Origin: Candidatus Nanopelagicales bacterium
Lineage (GTDB): Bacteria > Actinomycetota > Actinomycetes > S36-B12 > GCA-2699445
DNA: 64,000 nt
Assembly (NCBI GenBank): GCA_030700225.1
Contig: JAUYJT010000044.1
Location: forward strand, 18,516-82,515
Reading direction: 5' to 3'
Positions within the stretch are counted from its first letter, which is position 1; the number at the start of each line of letters is the position of its first letter. Of the stretch, positions 44,950 to 54,863 are shown one piece after another. Under the pieces are notes generated by a model. It searched no databases. It saw nothing but the letters and a program-made list of their open reading frames with translations, and was not told where the DNA came from. A program made the position numbers and the translations under genes.

Positions 44950-46370
44950 GCCTCGCGACAACCGCGCCTGAGTCAGAATCCGGCCGACAGTCCACCCGGC
45001 GCAACGCCGAGCTCGGACTCCTTGTTCTCGGATGGGCCATCGGGTCGATCGCCCTGGCCAATGTCGTCTGGGCCACCGGCGTGGGCATCACGCCGCGGTT
45101 CTGGCTGGCCATCACGGTACTCGCGGCCTTGGGGCTGTTCGCCAACATCGCCGTGAGGATCCTGGCGCCCTACGCCGAGCCGATCATGCTTCCAACCGCG
45201 TACTTACTCAATGCCCTCGGCCTAGTGATGATCTACCGGTTGGACATCGCGGAGTCGCAGCGGGCCGCGGACAACGGCAGCCCAGAACCCACTCCACAAG
45301 TGTTCGGGCAGCTGACCTGGACGATACTGGGCGTGGCGCTCCTGGTGGCCACTCTGCTGCTCGTCAAGGATCACCGACGACTACAGCGCTACACGTACAT
45401 CTCCATGGTCGTCGGCGTCGGGCTGCTGCTCCTTCCACTGCTGCCCTATATCGGTCGCACCGTCAACGGCGCGACGCTGTGGATAAACGCCACACCGTGG
45501 AACACCGTCAAACCGCTCACTTTCCAACCCGCCGAGCTGTCCAAGATCGCGCTGGCCATCTTCCTAGCCGGGTACCTTGTCACCCACCGGGATGCTCTGG
45601 CGATAGTCATGCACAAGTGGCTGGGAATGTCATTCCCGCGCGGCCGCGACCTGGGACCGATCATCGTGGCCTGGCTGATCGCCCTCGCGATCATGGGGTT
45701 CGAGACAGATCTGGGCACCGCGCTGATCTTCTTTGGACTGTTCATTGCCATGCTCTACGTCGCGACTCAGCGCCGAAGCTGGCTGTACATCGGCGCGGTG
45801 ATGGGGATCAGCGGCGCCGCCTTGGCCTACTTCGTGTTCCCTCACGTGCGCCTGCGCGTACAGATCTGGATCGATCCCTTCCCGTACGCGACGGAGCAGG
45901 GCTACCAAATCGTTCAGTCCCTATACGGCCTGGCCAACGGCGGCATCCTGGGTACGGGCCTGGGTCAGGGTGTTCCCCAGCTGGTCCCGTTCGCGAGCAA
46001 CGACTTTATCCTGTCGGCCTTCGGCGAGGAACTCGGACTGACCGGACTGATAGCGATCCTGCTTCTGTACGGGATCCTGGTACAGCGCGGTCTTAGAACC
46101 GCCGCGGCTTGCCGGGACGTCTTCGGCCGCCTCCTGACGGCGGGCTTGGCGGTAGTGCTGGCGCTGCAGGTATTCGTCGTGGCGGGCGGAGTCACCAAGC
46201 TCATCCCAATGACCGGTCTGACTACACCCTTCCTGTCGGCGGGCGGATCGGCTCTGATCGCCAACTGGATCATGATCGGACTGCTTCTGCGAGTTTCCGA
46301 TATCACCCGGCGCCCGGACCCAGAAGTGACCTCCCCCGATGAGTCGCTGACCCAGGTAGTGCGCCTGTGA
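44946..46370 (+). CDS. rodA: FtsW/RodA/SpoVE-family peptidoglycan glycosyltransferase
   Basis: GTG 44946 overlaps the pstP stop (GTGA). The protein is polytopic and sits in the conserved position between pstP and pbpA. Confidence 0.85.
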   Translation: MSLATTAPESESGRQSTRRNAELGLLVLGWAIGSIALANVVWATGVGITPRFWLAITVLAALGLFANIAVRILAPYAEPIMLPTAYLLNALGLVMIYRLDIAESQRAADNGSPEPTPQVFGQLTWTILGVALLVATLLLVKDHRRLQRYTYISMVVGVGLLLLPLLPYIGRTVNGATLWINATPWNTVKPLTFQPAELSKIALAIFLAGYLVTHRDALAIVMHKWLGMSFPRGRDLGPIIVAWLIALAIMGFETDLGTALIFFGLFIAMLYVATQRRSWLYIGAVMGISGAALAYFVFPHVRLRVQIWIDPFPYATEQGYQIVQSLYGLANGGILGTGLGQGVPQLVPFASNDFILSAFGEELGLTGLIAILLLYGILVQRGLRTAAACRDVFGRLLTAGLAVVLALQVFVVAGGVTKLIPMTGLTTPFLSAGGSALIANWIMIGLLLRVSDITRRPDPEVTSPDESLTQVVRL

Positions 46371-47803
46371 CTCGCAGCATCATCCGGCTCTCGGGCGTTT
46401 TGGCCGCGCTACTGATCGCGGTGATCGCGAACCTGACTTACATCCAGGCGTTCCAGGCCAACGAGTACAGGACCGCCGCGGGCAACGCCAGGGCGATCAT
46501 GGATGAGTACTCTCGCGAGCGCGGCCCGATCCTGGTCGGGCGCGAGGCCGTCGCCCGCAGCGTAAGGACGAAGGGGAAGCTCAAGTACCTGCGCGAGTAC
46601 CCACAAGGGGATCTCTACGCTCCGGCCACCGGCTTCTACTCCCAGGTGTACGGCGCCACTGGCATCGAGAAGTTCGAGAATCCCATCCTGTCGGGCCTCG
46701 ACGACAGATTGATATTCGACCGGCTCCAGCAACTGTTCGCGGGCAGAGATCCGCAGGGCGGCAGCGTGACCCTGACCCTGAATGCCGCCGCCCAGCAAGC
46801 GGCCTTCTCCGGCCTTGCCGGCCGCAACGGCGCGGTGGCAGCCATTAACCCTTCGACTGGGGAGCTACTGGCTCTCGTCCAGTCACCGTCGTTCGACCCC
46901 AACAAGCTGTCCTCACACAACTCCAAGTCGATCCAGGCCACCTACGAGGAGCTGATCAAGGATCCCAATGACCCCCTCCTGAACCGGCCCTTGGCGGCCG
47001 CCGACCCTCCGGGGTCTTCGTTCAAGGTCGTGGTTAGCGCCGCTGCCCTGGAGTCCGGCAGGTTCACCCCGGACACGGTCATTCCGGGACCGGCGGCGTT
47101 CACGCTGCCAGGTACGACGACGAAGGTCAGGAACGCCTCTCGCGCGGCGTGCGGGCCGAACGACAAGGTGACGCTGGCAGAGGCCCTGGTCGTGTCCTGC
47201 AACACCGCGTTCGCATGGCTGGCGACTCAGCTCGGCGACGATGCCATCCGGGCTCAGGCAGACAAGTTCGGGTTCGGCCACAGCTTCGACGTTCCGATGC
47301 CAGCGGTGGCTGGCAGATACCCGGAGAATCCGGACGTGGCTCAAACCGGGCTCACCGGGATCGGCCAGTTCGACGTGCGTGCAAGCGCCCTGAACATGGC
47401 ACAAGTGATGGCTGCGATCGCCAACCAGGGCCTGACAATGAACCCCTATCTGGTTCGGGAACTCGGAAGCCCCAGCCTGGCCGTTCTCGACAAGAGCGAA
47501 CCTCGCGCCTATCAGCAGGCCATGGATCCCGTCAACGCGACGACCCTGATGCAGATGATGGTCGCAGTCGTCGAGAAGGGGACCGGTAGCAGCGCCGCCA
47601 TACCCGGCATTCGAGTGGCGGGAAAGACCGGCACCGCGGAGAACGGACCCAACGAGCCTACGACAGCGTGGTTCATCGCGGCTGCTCCGGCCGACAGCCC
47701 CCAGGTCGCTGTGGCTGTCGTACTGCAGAAATCAGGTGGCAGCGGCAATTCGTCCGCTGGTCCGATAGCGCGCGCTGTCATGCAAGCTGTGCTGGGTCGC
47801 TAG
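46367..47803 (+). CDS. pbpA: class B penicillin-binding protein (transpeptidase)
   Basis: GTG overlaps the rodA stop. The transpeptidase motifs are SSFK (SxxK), SCN (SxN) and KTGTAE (KTG). Confidence 0.9.
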   Translation: MTRSIIRLSGVLAALLIAVIANLTYIQAFQANEYRTAAGNARAIMDEYSRERGPILVGREAVARSVRTKGKLKYLREYPQGDLYAPATGFYSQVYGATGIEKFENPILSGLDDRLIFDRLQQLFAGRDPQGGSVTLTLNAAAQQAAFSGLAGRNGAVAAINPSTGELLALVQSPSFDPNKLSSHNSKSIQATYEELIKDPNDPLLNRPLAAADPPGSSFKVVVSAAALESGRFTPDTVIPGPAAFTLPGTTTKVRNASRAACGPNDKVTLAEALVVSCNTAFAWLATQLGDDAIRAQADKFGFGHSFDVPMPAVAGRYPENPDVAQTGLTGIGQFDVRASALNMAQVMAAIANQGLTMNPYLVRELGSPSLAVLDKSEPRAYQQAMDPVNATTLMQMMVAVVEKGTGSSAAIPGIRVAGKTGTAENGPNEPTTAWFIAAAPADSPQVAVAVVLQKSGGSGNSSAGPIARAVMQAVLGR

Positions 47804-47863
47804 GTCCCCAGCCTCGACTCGTAGGTCAGAATGGGGCGGACGGCCCCCGGATCAGGAGGAACT

Positions 47864-49726
47864 ATGAGCGGAAGCGGACCCACGGGTGACGACCCCCGCC
47901 CTGAGGACAAGACTCCTTCCGACCTGCCCGCCAGCCCCATCGCGCCCACAGACGGCGGCAAGATCATGCTCGGGGACCGCTACGAGATCGGAGAAACCCT
48001 GGGCCGCGGCGGCATGGCCGAGGTGCACGAGGCGTACGACCTGAGGCTCGGCCGCCGGGTCGCCGTGAAGATCCTGCGCCCGGAACTGGCCCGTGACTCC
48101 TCGTTCCAGCAGAGGTTCCGCAGAGAAGCGCACAGCGCCGCAGCCCTGAACCACCCAAACATCGTCGCTGTTTATGACACCGGAGAGGACATTCTCGGCA
48201 GCGGTCCATCGGCCGTGACAGTGCCCTACATCGTCATGGAATACGTCGACGGGATGACGCTGAGGCAACTGTTGGCCAGTGGTCGGCGGCTGCTTCCCGA
48301 GCGCGCTTTGGAGATCACGTCCGGTGTCCTGGCGGCTCTCGACTATAGCCACCGCCACGGGATCGTCCACCGAGACATCAAGCCGGCGAACGTGATGCTG
48401 ACCAAGACGGGCGAAGTCAAGGTCATGGACTTCGGCATCGCCCGGGCACTGGCAGCCCACGGCCAAACGATGACCGCGACATCGCAGGTGATGGGCACCG
48501 CCCAGTATCTGTCTCCGGAGCAGGCACGAGGCGAGGTAGTCGATGCTAGATCTGACCTGTACTCGACTGGCTGCGTGCTATACGAACTGCTTACCGGGCG
48601 GCCGCCCTTCACGGGAGAATCGCCAGTATCTGTCGCCTACCAGCACGTCAGCGAGCAGCCGATTCCTCCGTCCCAGATCGACAGCCAGGTGCTGCCGCAG
48701 ACGGACACAGTGGTGCTTCGTGCCCTGGCCAAGAATCCCGATGACCGGTATCAGACGGCCGCTGATTTCAAGGCCGATGTCGACCGGGCGGTAGTAGGCG
48801 CTCCCGTCACAGCACCGGTGCCCGTGATCTCTGATCCGGAGCCGACCGCGGTGATGCCACCAGTTCTGCCGCCGCCCGGAGCGGTGACCGCACAGGGTCC
48901 GACCCGCCAGAAGAAGAGTCCATGGCTTTGGGTTGGCGTCGTGGTCGGCATCCTGCTGCTGGTTGCCGGGTCGGTCGCGCTGGCACAGTCGCTGTTCGGG
49001 AACGCCAAGCCCGAATCCGTGACTGTCCCCCGGGTCGTGGGAATGACGGTCCAGGAGGCGCAGAACGCACTGAACTCGGTGGGACTGCGCGTTGGAACCC
49101 AGACCGCCGAGAAATCCAACAAGGAACCCGGGAAGGTGCTGAGCCAGGACCCAGCCGAGGGCGAGTCCGTGGAGAAGGGGCAGGCGGTCAACCTGTCCGT
49201 GTCTGGGGGTCCGGGGCAAACCGTAGTACCGAATGTCGTGGGCATGACTAGCTCCGACGCGGCGCGTCAGGCCCTGGAGCTCAACGAGCTCAAGCTCGGC
49301 AACGTCGAGGAGAGGGACAGCGACCAGCCGAAGGGCTATGTGCTGAGCCAGTCACCGCCGCAGGGCACGCAGGTGCAGGTTGGCACCGAGGTCAACATCA
49401 CGGTGTCCAACGGCCTTGTCACCGTCCCAAAGGTCCTCGGGAACACCGAGTCGCAAGCGCGTACGGCCCTGGGAAATGTCGGCCTGGACGTCAACGTCAT
49501 CGAGGAGTCGAGTTCGTCGCCAGCGGGTACCGTCATCGCACAATCCCCGAATGCCGGCAACAAGGTCCAGCGGGGCTCAACCGTGACGATAACCATCGCG
49601 ACGGCGCCAACTGATGCCCCGAACGCCGAACAGGGCATCAACGACGGCAACCCCGACAGGCAAGGTCAGTCCGGGTCGCCGAAGGCAACGCCGCCTCCGG
49701 AAGCCGAGGGCGATACCCAAGACTGA
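47864..49726 (+). CDS. pknB: Ser/Thr protein kinase with TM segment and three PASTA domains
   Basis: ATG 47864 follows CAGGAGGA. The kinase motifs are GRGGMAEVH, VAVKIL, HRDIKPAN, DFG and SPEQ. The TM segment is WLWVGVVVGILLLVAGSVALA. Three PASTA units begin VTVPRVVGM, VVPNVVGM and VTVPKVLGN. Confidence 0.9.
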   Translation: MSGSGPTGDDPRPEDKTPSDLPASPIAPTDGGKIMLGDRYEIGETLGRGGMAEVHEAYDLRLGRRVAVKILRPELARDSSFQQRFRREAHSAAALNHPNIVAVYDTGEDILGSGPSAVTVPYIVMEYVDGMTLRQLLASGRRLLPERALEITSGVLAALDYSHRHGIVHRDIKPANVMLTKTGEVKVMDFGIARALAAHGQTMTATSQVMGTAQYLSPEQARGEVVDARSDLYSTGCVLYELLTGRPPFTGESPVSVAYQHVSEQPIPPSQIDSQVLPQTDTVVLRALAKNPDDRYQTAADFKADVDRAVVGAPVTAPVPVISDPEPTAVMPPVLPPPGAVTAQGPTRQKKSPWLWVGVVVGILLLVAGSVALAQSLFGNAKPESVTVPRVVGMTVQEAQNALNSVGLRVGTQTAEKSNKEPGKVLSQDPAEGESVEKGQAVNLSVSGGPGQTVVPNVVGMTSSDAARQALELNELKLGNVEERDSDQPKGYVLSQSPPQGTQVQVGTEVNITVSNGLVTVPKVLGNTESQARTALGNVGLDVNVIEESSSSPAGTVIAQSPNAGNKVQRGSTVTITIATAPTDAPNAEQGINDGNPDRQGQSGSPKATPPPEAEGDTQD

Positions 49727-49732
49727 GACGGT

Positions 49733-49760
49733 CGGCTGTCTGACTGGCCAGTGTCAGCCG
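49733..49760. terminator. palindromic hairpin between convergent pknB and trpG (candidate bidirectional terminator)
   Basis: In CGGCTGTCTGACTGGCCAGTGTCAGCCG the outer stem is CGGCTG/CAGCCG and the inner stem ACTGG/CCAGT. It overlaps the trpG stop codon. Confidence 0.35.
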
Positions 49761-50377
49761 TGGACGACAGGCGCCAGGCCCGCGGACCTCGCCACGGCGT
49801 CGGAATCGCCGCACGTGGTCAGCCAATTCGCGAGCATCCTGTGCCCGCCTTGGGTCAGGACCGACTCGGGGTGGAATTGCACTCCCTCGACTGGTAACTC
49901 AGCGTGCCGGATGCCCATGATCACGCCCGACTTCGTCGTGGCCGAGACGATGAGCTCAGCGGGAATGGTGTCGGGTAGCGCAGCCAGCGAGTGATAGCGG
50001 GTGGCGGTGAGCGGCGATGGCAGACCCTGGAACACGCCGAGCCCATCGTGGTGGACCTCTGACGTCTTGCCGTGCAGCAGCTCCGGCGCCCGGCCGACGA
50101 CCGCCCCATGAACGACAGCGATGGCTTGATGACCCAGACACACCCCGAGGATCGGAATCCGGTCACCATAGGCGCGGATCAGGTCGCAGCACACGCCGGC
50201 GCGCTCAGGAGTTCCCGGTCCAGGTGACAGCAGGATTCCGTCGTATGCGCTCGCGCGGTGGAGTGCCATCTCGTCGTTGCGGACAACGTCGACCTCAGCA
50301 TCAAGCTGCTGCAGATACTGGACAAGGTTGAACACGAACGAGTCGTAGTTGTCCACTACTAGGATCCGCGCGGCCAC
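49754..50377 (-). CDS. trpG: anthranilate / aminodeoxychorismate synthase component II (class I glutamine amidotransferase)
   Basis: GTG 50377 gives VAARILVVDNYDSFVFNLVQYL. The catalytic Cys is in GVCLGHQ and the His in VQFHPES. It occupies the conserved position next to pknB. Confidence 0.85.
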   Translation of the reverse strand: MAARILVVDNYDSFVFNLVQYLQQLDAEVDVVRNDEMALHRASAYDGILLSPGPGTPERAGVCCDLIRAYGDRIPILGVCLGHQAIAVVHGAVVGRAPELLHGKTSEVHHDGLGVFQGLPSPLTATRYHSLAALPDTIPAELIVSATTKSGVIMGIRHAELPVEGVQFHPESVLTQGGHRMLANWLTTCGDSDAVARSAGLAPVVHG

Positions 50378-50453
50378 AGTCCAAATGGTCGCACGGTCGG
50401 CCGCGCAGGAGCCAACAGGACTTGAGGCCGAGTCCGGGTTAGGCTGCCTCGTC

Positions 50454-53135
50454 GTGAGCACTAGGTGCTGGATCGTCGGGGCCGCCGTAATCGCTGTGGG
50501 AGCGGCGTCGCTGGCGGCCTGCTCGTCATCGCCACCGTCTGAGCCCCCCGAGGCCGGGGCCATGAGCTACTACGGCGTGGGTCGTAAGGACTGCGTTGGC
50601 ACGGCACGCAACGACACTTCCAAAGTGTGGTTCACGGTCGCTGGCGGCGCGTTGTCAGATGTCTATCAGCCGACCATCGACATCACGAACATGCAGAGCA
50701 TGCAGTTCATCGTGACCGATGGCGAGACATTCACGGACTTGCAGCTCCGCGACATGACCTACAAGGCTTCAACCGACTCCACTGGACTGGCTTGCACCGT
50801 TACTAGCACAGCCAAGTCCGGCAAGTACGAGCTCGTCACAACGTATGTGACCGATCCCCGGGCCAACACCGTGCTTGTGCGCACCCGACTCACCGCGCTT
50901 CAGGGCCCCGCGTCGGACCTGAAGCTGTACGTCCGCGTGGACCCCTCCATCAACGGCAACGGAGGCGGCGGTGACCCAGCGACAGGCGGCAATTCCGGCG
51001 CCGATTCCGCGACCATCGACGCCGACTCCGGATCGATGCTCAGCTGGGACCTGAACACCAAGACCGCCGCTGCGAACGCTACATACATCCAACCCACGTA
51101 CCTCGCCGTAAAGGCGAACAAGCCGTTCACCCAGGCTGGCAGCGGATTCGCCGGCACGGGCACCGACGGTCTGACTCAGCTCGACAAGGACCGGAAGCTC
51201 ACGACTGTTGCGCCCAACGCTGACAACGGCAACGTGACGCAGACGGCCGAGCTTGACACCAGCGGCGGCGAGGTGGTTCTGGCGCTTGGCTTCGGTCAGA
51301 CCGCGCAGGACGCCACTGGCGCCGCCAGCTCATCGCTCGGTCGCGGCTTCACCAAGGCCATGGGCGACTACCGCTTGGGGTGGAAGCGATACGACGCGTC
51401 CCTGAAGAAGCCCGCGGCCTCGCTGCGCGGAGTTCCAGCATCAGCGATGCCGTCCATCGCCGCTAGGTACTGGAAGGCCGCGAACGTGGTCAGGGCCAGT
51501 CAGGACAAGACGTTCTCCGGGGCTGTCTCCGCCGGTCTGGCAGCGCCGTGGGGCAACACGTATATGGCGGGTCAGGGCCAGCCGGAGAATCAGGGCATCA
51601 ACGTCGCGGGCTCCACTGGCGGCAGCCCCCCGTACTTCGGTTCGTACCGGGAGATGTTCTCGCGCGACATGGCCGAAGCCGCCGGTTCAATGCTCGTGGC
51701 CGGTGACGTCGACTTCGGGCGGGCGGTGGCGAGGTTCATCCTGGAGAAGCAGCAGCTGCCAACAGGTGAGATCCCCCGGAACAGCCTGCCGAACGGCGAG
51801 AAGGCGCCGGACACAAACGGAACTCAGCTCGACGAGAGCGCCTATCCAATCCTGTTGGCCTACCAGTCTGGATTGGGTACGGACGCCGTTTTGTACCGCG
51901 AGCACATTCGCAAGACGGCGGACTTCATAGTCTCCAGGGGGCCGTCGTTCGGGGTGGAGCGGTGGGAGGAGCAAACCGGTTACTCGCCCTCGACGATCGC
52001 CGCGCAGATCGCGGGCTTGGTGTCGGCTGCCAGGATCGCTGCCCTGAACGGCGATGGCGAGCGCAGTCAGCTTTACCTGGCAGTCGCGGACCACTTCCAG
52101 CGCTCGGTCAAGAAGTGGACAGTGACCACCAGCGGGCCTGACAAGCCGGGCCGGTATTTCATCCGAGTCTCCAAGGACGGCAACCCCAACAGCTCGATTT
52201 CCTACAGCCTCAACAACGGCTCAGGCACCTATGACCAGCGTGCGGTTATTGATCAAGGCTTCCTCGAACTCACCCGCCTGGGCGTCCTCCCTGCTGATGA
52301 CCCGGACATCGTCGCGTCTCTTGGTGTGGTTGACCGGTCAATCCTCAACAAGACCCCGAGCGGAGTCGGCTTCAACCGCTACGGCACGTCGGAGCCGGGA
52401 TCCGAGGACGGCTACGGCGACTGCTACATCCCGGGGCCGACCGATTGCCGGATTCTTGGCAAGCCGTTCCCCGGCGGGACCGGCGAGGAGATGAACACCG
52501 GTACCGGTCAGGTCTGGCCACTGCTTTCGGGTGAACGAGCTGAGCACGCTATCGCGCTGGGGAAGTCCGAGCAGGCGGGTGACCTGATCCGCGCGATGCA
52601 TGGCTTCGCGTCAGACGCCGGGCTTCTGCCCGAGCAGGCCTGGGTGTACGCACCGCTAGCGGCAAGCCCATACGGCAGTGACCCCAGCACTGCTTCCATC
52701 GGTTTCGTGCCGGGCAAACCCGGAGGCTCGGCCACTCCGCTGACTTGGGCCGAGGCGCAGTTCGTGAGATTGACTCTCGACCTGTCAGCGAACGAGGTGC
52801 TGGAGCAGCCGGACATCGTGCGCAACCGCTACGTGGCTAAGAAGCCGCCGCGCGCCGTGGAACTACGGCTCACCTCGCCCGCGAGCGGATCAGTACCGCC
52901 AGGCGCCGAAACGGCCGTCACCGGTCGCACAGTGCCGGGTGCCCAGGTCTCGGTAGCTACCACGAACCTGACTACCGGTGACACGAGCGTGGCATCCACG
53001 CGGGCGGACTCCAAGGGCGAGTTCCTGGTCAGGCTCGCCGTCACGTCAGGCTCGTCCCTCACCGCCGCGAGTACCAGCAGGCAGGGAACCGGGTACGCGC
53101 AGATACTGATCGGCCCGGTTCCGTCTGCGAGTTAA
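50454..53135 (+). CDS. GH15-family glucoamylase/glucodextranase-like lipoprotein
   Basis: GTG 50454 gives a lipoprotein signal ending ASLAACSS. The N-terminal glucodextranase-type region is VWFTVAGGALSDVYQPTIDITNMQSMQF. The catalytic-domain segments are QLDESAYPILLA, ERWEEQTGYSPSTIAAQIAGL and VWPLLSGERAEH. Confidence 0.8.
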   Translation: MSTRCWIVGAAVIAVGAASLAACSSSPPSEPPEAGAMSYYGVGRKDCVGTARNDTSKVWFTVAGGALSDVYQPTIDITNMQSMQFIVTDGETFTDLQLRDMTYKASTDSTGLACTVTSTAKSGKYELVTTYVTDPRANTVLVRTRLTALQGPASDLKLYVRVDPSINGNGGGGDPATGGNSGADSATIDADSGSMLSWDLNTKTAAANATYIQPTYLAVKANKPFTQAGSGFAGTGTDGLTQLDKDRKLTTVAPNADNGNVTQTAELDTSGGEVVLALGFGQTAQDATGAASSSLGRGFTKAMGDYRLGWKRYDASLKKPAASLRGVPASAMPSIAARYWKAANVVRASQDKTFSGAVSAGLAAPWGNTYMAGQGQPENQGINVAGSTGGSPPYFGSYREMFSRDMAEAAGSMLVAGDVDFGRAVARFILEKQQLPTGEIPRNSLPNGEKAPDTNGTQLDESAYPILLAYQSGLGTDAVLYREHIRKTADFIVSRGPSFGVERWEEQTGYSPSTIAAQIAGLVSAARIAALNGDGERSQLYLAVADHFQRSVKKWTVTTSGPDKPGRYFIRVSKDGNPNSSISYSLNNGSGTYDQRAVIDQGFLELTRLGVLPADDPDIVASLGVVDRSILNKTPSGVGFNRYGTSEPGSEDGYGDCYIPGPTDCRILGKPFPGGTGEEMNTGTGQVWPLLSGERAEHAIALGKSEQAGDLIRAMHGFASDAGLLPEQAWVYAPLAASPYGSDPSTASIGFVPGKPGGSATPLTWAEAQFVRLTLDLSANEVLEQPDIVRNRYVAKKPPRAVELRLTSPASGSVPPGAETAVTGRTVPGAQVSVATTNLTTGDTSVASTRADSKGEFLVRLAVTSGSSLTAASTSRQGTGYAQILIGPVPSAS

Positions 53136-53216
53136 GCCTGCGGCTCGGACACGCGCGCGGCTTGTCGGGTGGGTGATGGGGCATGATGGATCAACTTCGA
53201 CAAAGGGAGTATCTAA

Positions 53217-53474
53217 GTGCCGGAGTCGTCGCGCAGGAAGAAGGATGTCTACACCCCTCCCCCAGAGGCTCGCAGCAGCAAACCGGTCAGGGTGGACAAT
53301 CCCCGCTGGCTAGTGCCCACGATGGTGGCACTGTTCATCATCGGACTGGCGTGGATTGTCGTGTGGTACATAGCGCCTAACAATCCGCTGATGGGGCCGC
53401 TATACGGCTGGAACGTCGCCATCGGATTCACGTTCATCATCGGCGGGTTCTTCCTCTCCACGAAGTGGCAGTAG
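53217..53474 (+). CDS. crgA: cell division protein CrgA
   Basis: GTG follows AAGGGAG. The 85-aa two-TM protein has PRWLVPTMVALFIIGLAWIVVWY and WNVAIGFTFIIGGFFLSTKW, as in actinobacterial CrgA. Confidence 0.9.
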   Translation: MPESSRRKKDVYTPPPEARSSKPVRVDNPRWLVPTMVALFIIGLAWIVVWYIAPNNPLMGPLYGWNVAIGFTFIIGGFFLSTKWQ

Positions 53475-53519
53475 GGCTAGAGCGTTTCCTAACCCGTTGA
53501 CGGGCCTTCGCTGGACCCC

Positions 53520-53700
53520 GGGCATCGGGGCCGGTCCCGCGGCTTCAAGCCTCACGCCGCGGGTCCCGACCCCGGTGCCCGGCCCCCGTCAGCGATCGAC
53601 CCGTAAGGGGGGTCCCCCCTCCGGGGGAGTTGCCATAACCGCGAATTCCGGGCCGGTAGCAACTCCCCCTCCCCGGCGCTAGGCGCCGGGCGGGGGTACC
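53520..53700. repeat. intergenic hairpin-rich repeat element, copy C (several consecutive stem-loops after crgA)
   Basis: Stem GGGCATCGGGGCCGGTCCCGCGGC / GCCGCGGGTCCCGACCCCGGTGCCC encloses the loop TTCAAGCCTCAC. It is followed by GGGGGGTCCCCCC, GGGGAGTTGC...GCAACTCCCC and CCCCGGCGCTAGGCGCCGGG. It shares a 19-mer with copy A. Confidence 0.65.
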
Positions 53701-53780
53701 CCCAAGCGGGCAGATCCATAGCGCGCCGCGCCGCGAGGGTGGCTAGGATTCGCTAACACCCCAGCGAGGAGGGCGAGCTC

Positions 53781-54782
53781 ATGGGCCACTTCAGCTCCCG
53801 TAGCCGCAGCTCGTCCCGCAGCCTCTTGGTTGTGGGCGCGCTCGGGCTCATTCTGATAGCCACGGCGGCTTGCGGATCTCAGCCTTCACCCACTTCCTCA
53901 GCGGGCTCAACCCCGCCAGGGAGTGAAGTGCCCAACTCGACGCCGACCGGTGCCGCGTCCTTCATGGGTCCAGTCCGCATCGTGCAAGCCAACGGGATCG
54001 ACATCGGCTACAGGCAAGCGGGGTCGGGTAAGCCGCTCCTACTAATCATGGGGTTCAGCGGCACGATGAGCCTCTGGCAACACGAGTTCGTCAAGTCGCT
54101 CGTGGACGCCGACTTCCAGGTGACCATGTTCGACAACCGGGGTGTCGGGTACACGACCGATGACACATCCCGGCCACTCACCATGCAGTTGATGGCGCAG
54201 GACACCGCCAGCCTCATCGACGTCCTTGGGCTCGGCGAGCCAACCATCGCCGGATGGTCGATGGGTGGCGAGATCGCCCTCACACTTGCCGGCAGCCGCC
54301 CCGATCTGGTCGGCGCGCTCGTCACATCGGGGGGCGACGCTGGCTCCAAGCACTACATCCCACCCACGGCCAAGGCACAGCAGGTGCTTGAGCACCCGAC
54401 GGACGAAGCCCTGCTCGAACTGCTCTTCCCCCCGAGTCAGGCGGCTGCCGCCCAGGCGTTCGGCGAATCGGTTGCCCTCTTCCCTCAGGAGACGGTGTCC
54501 GCAGCGACACTTCAACGACAGCTGCAGGCCGAAGCCGCCTTCTCCAGATACGAGGGAACCTGGGCCAACCTGCCCAATATCACCTCCCCCACCGTGATTG
54601 AGAACGGGGCGCTTGACCAAATCACGCGACCGGAGAACGCGCGACTCATCGCAGCGCGGATCCGTGGCGCGGAACTCGTCCTTGAGCCTGACTCCGCGCA
54701 CGGATCGCTGTTCCAGAACTACGTCAAGTTCACTAGGCTCATCGTGAAAGTCGCATCCGCCTCGTCAGCACCGACACCGTGA
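53781..54782 (+). CDS. alpha/beta hydrolase lipoprotein
   Basis: The lipobox is IATAACGS. The nucleophile elbow is GWSMGG, and HG-type oxyanion context LLLIMGFSG and the C-terminal DSAHGS (His) are present. Confidence 0.75.
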   Translation: MGHFSSRSRSSSRSLLVVGALGLILIATAACGSQPSPTSSAGSTPPGSEVPNSTPTGAASFMGPVRIVQANGIDIGYRQAGSGKPLLLIMGFSGTMSLWQHEFVKSLVDADFQVTMFDNRGVGYTTDDTSRPLTMQLMAQDTASLIDVLGLGEPTIAGWSMGGEIALTLAGSRPDLVGALVTSGGDAGSKHYIPPTAKAQQVLEHPTDEALLELLFPPSQAAAAQAFGESVALFPQETVSAATLQRQLQAEAAFSRYEGTWANLPNITSPTVIENGALDQITRPENARLIAARIRGAELVLEPDSAHGSLFQNYVKFTRLIVKVASASSAPTP

Positions 54783-54863
54783 TCGCCACCCACGCGCACC
54801 GGGTTCCCGGCGAGCGAAACGCCACACGCGGTCGAACGCTAGCCAGACAGTGGATGGAGGGAA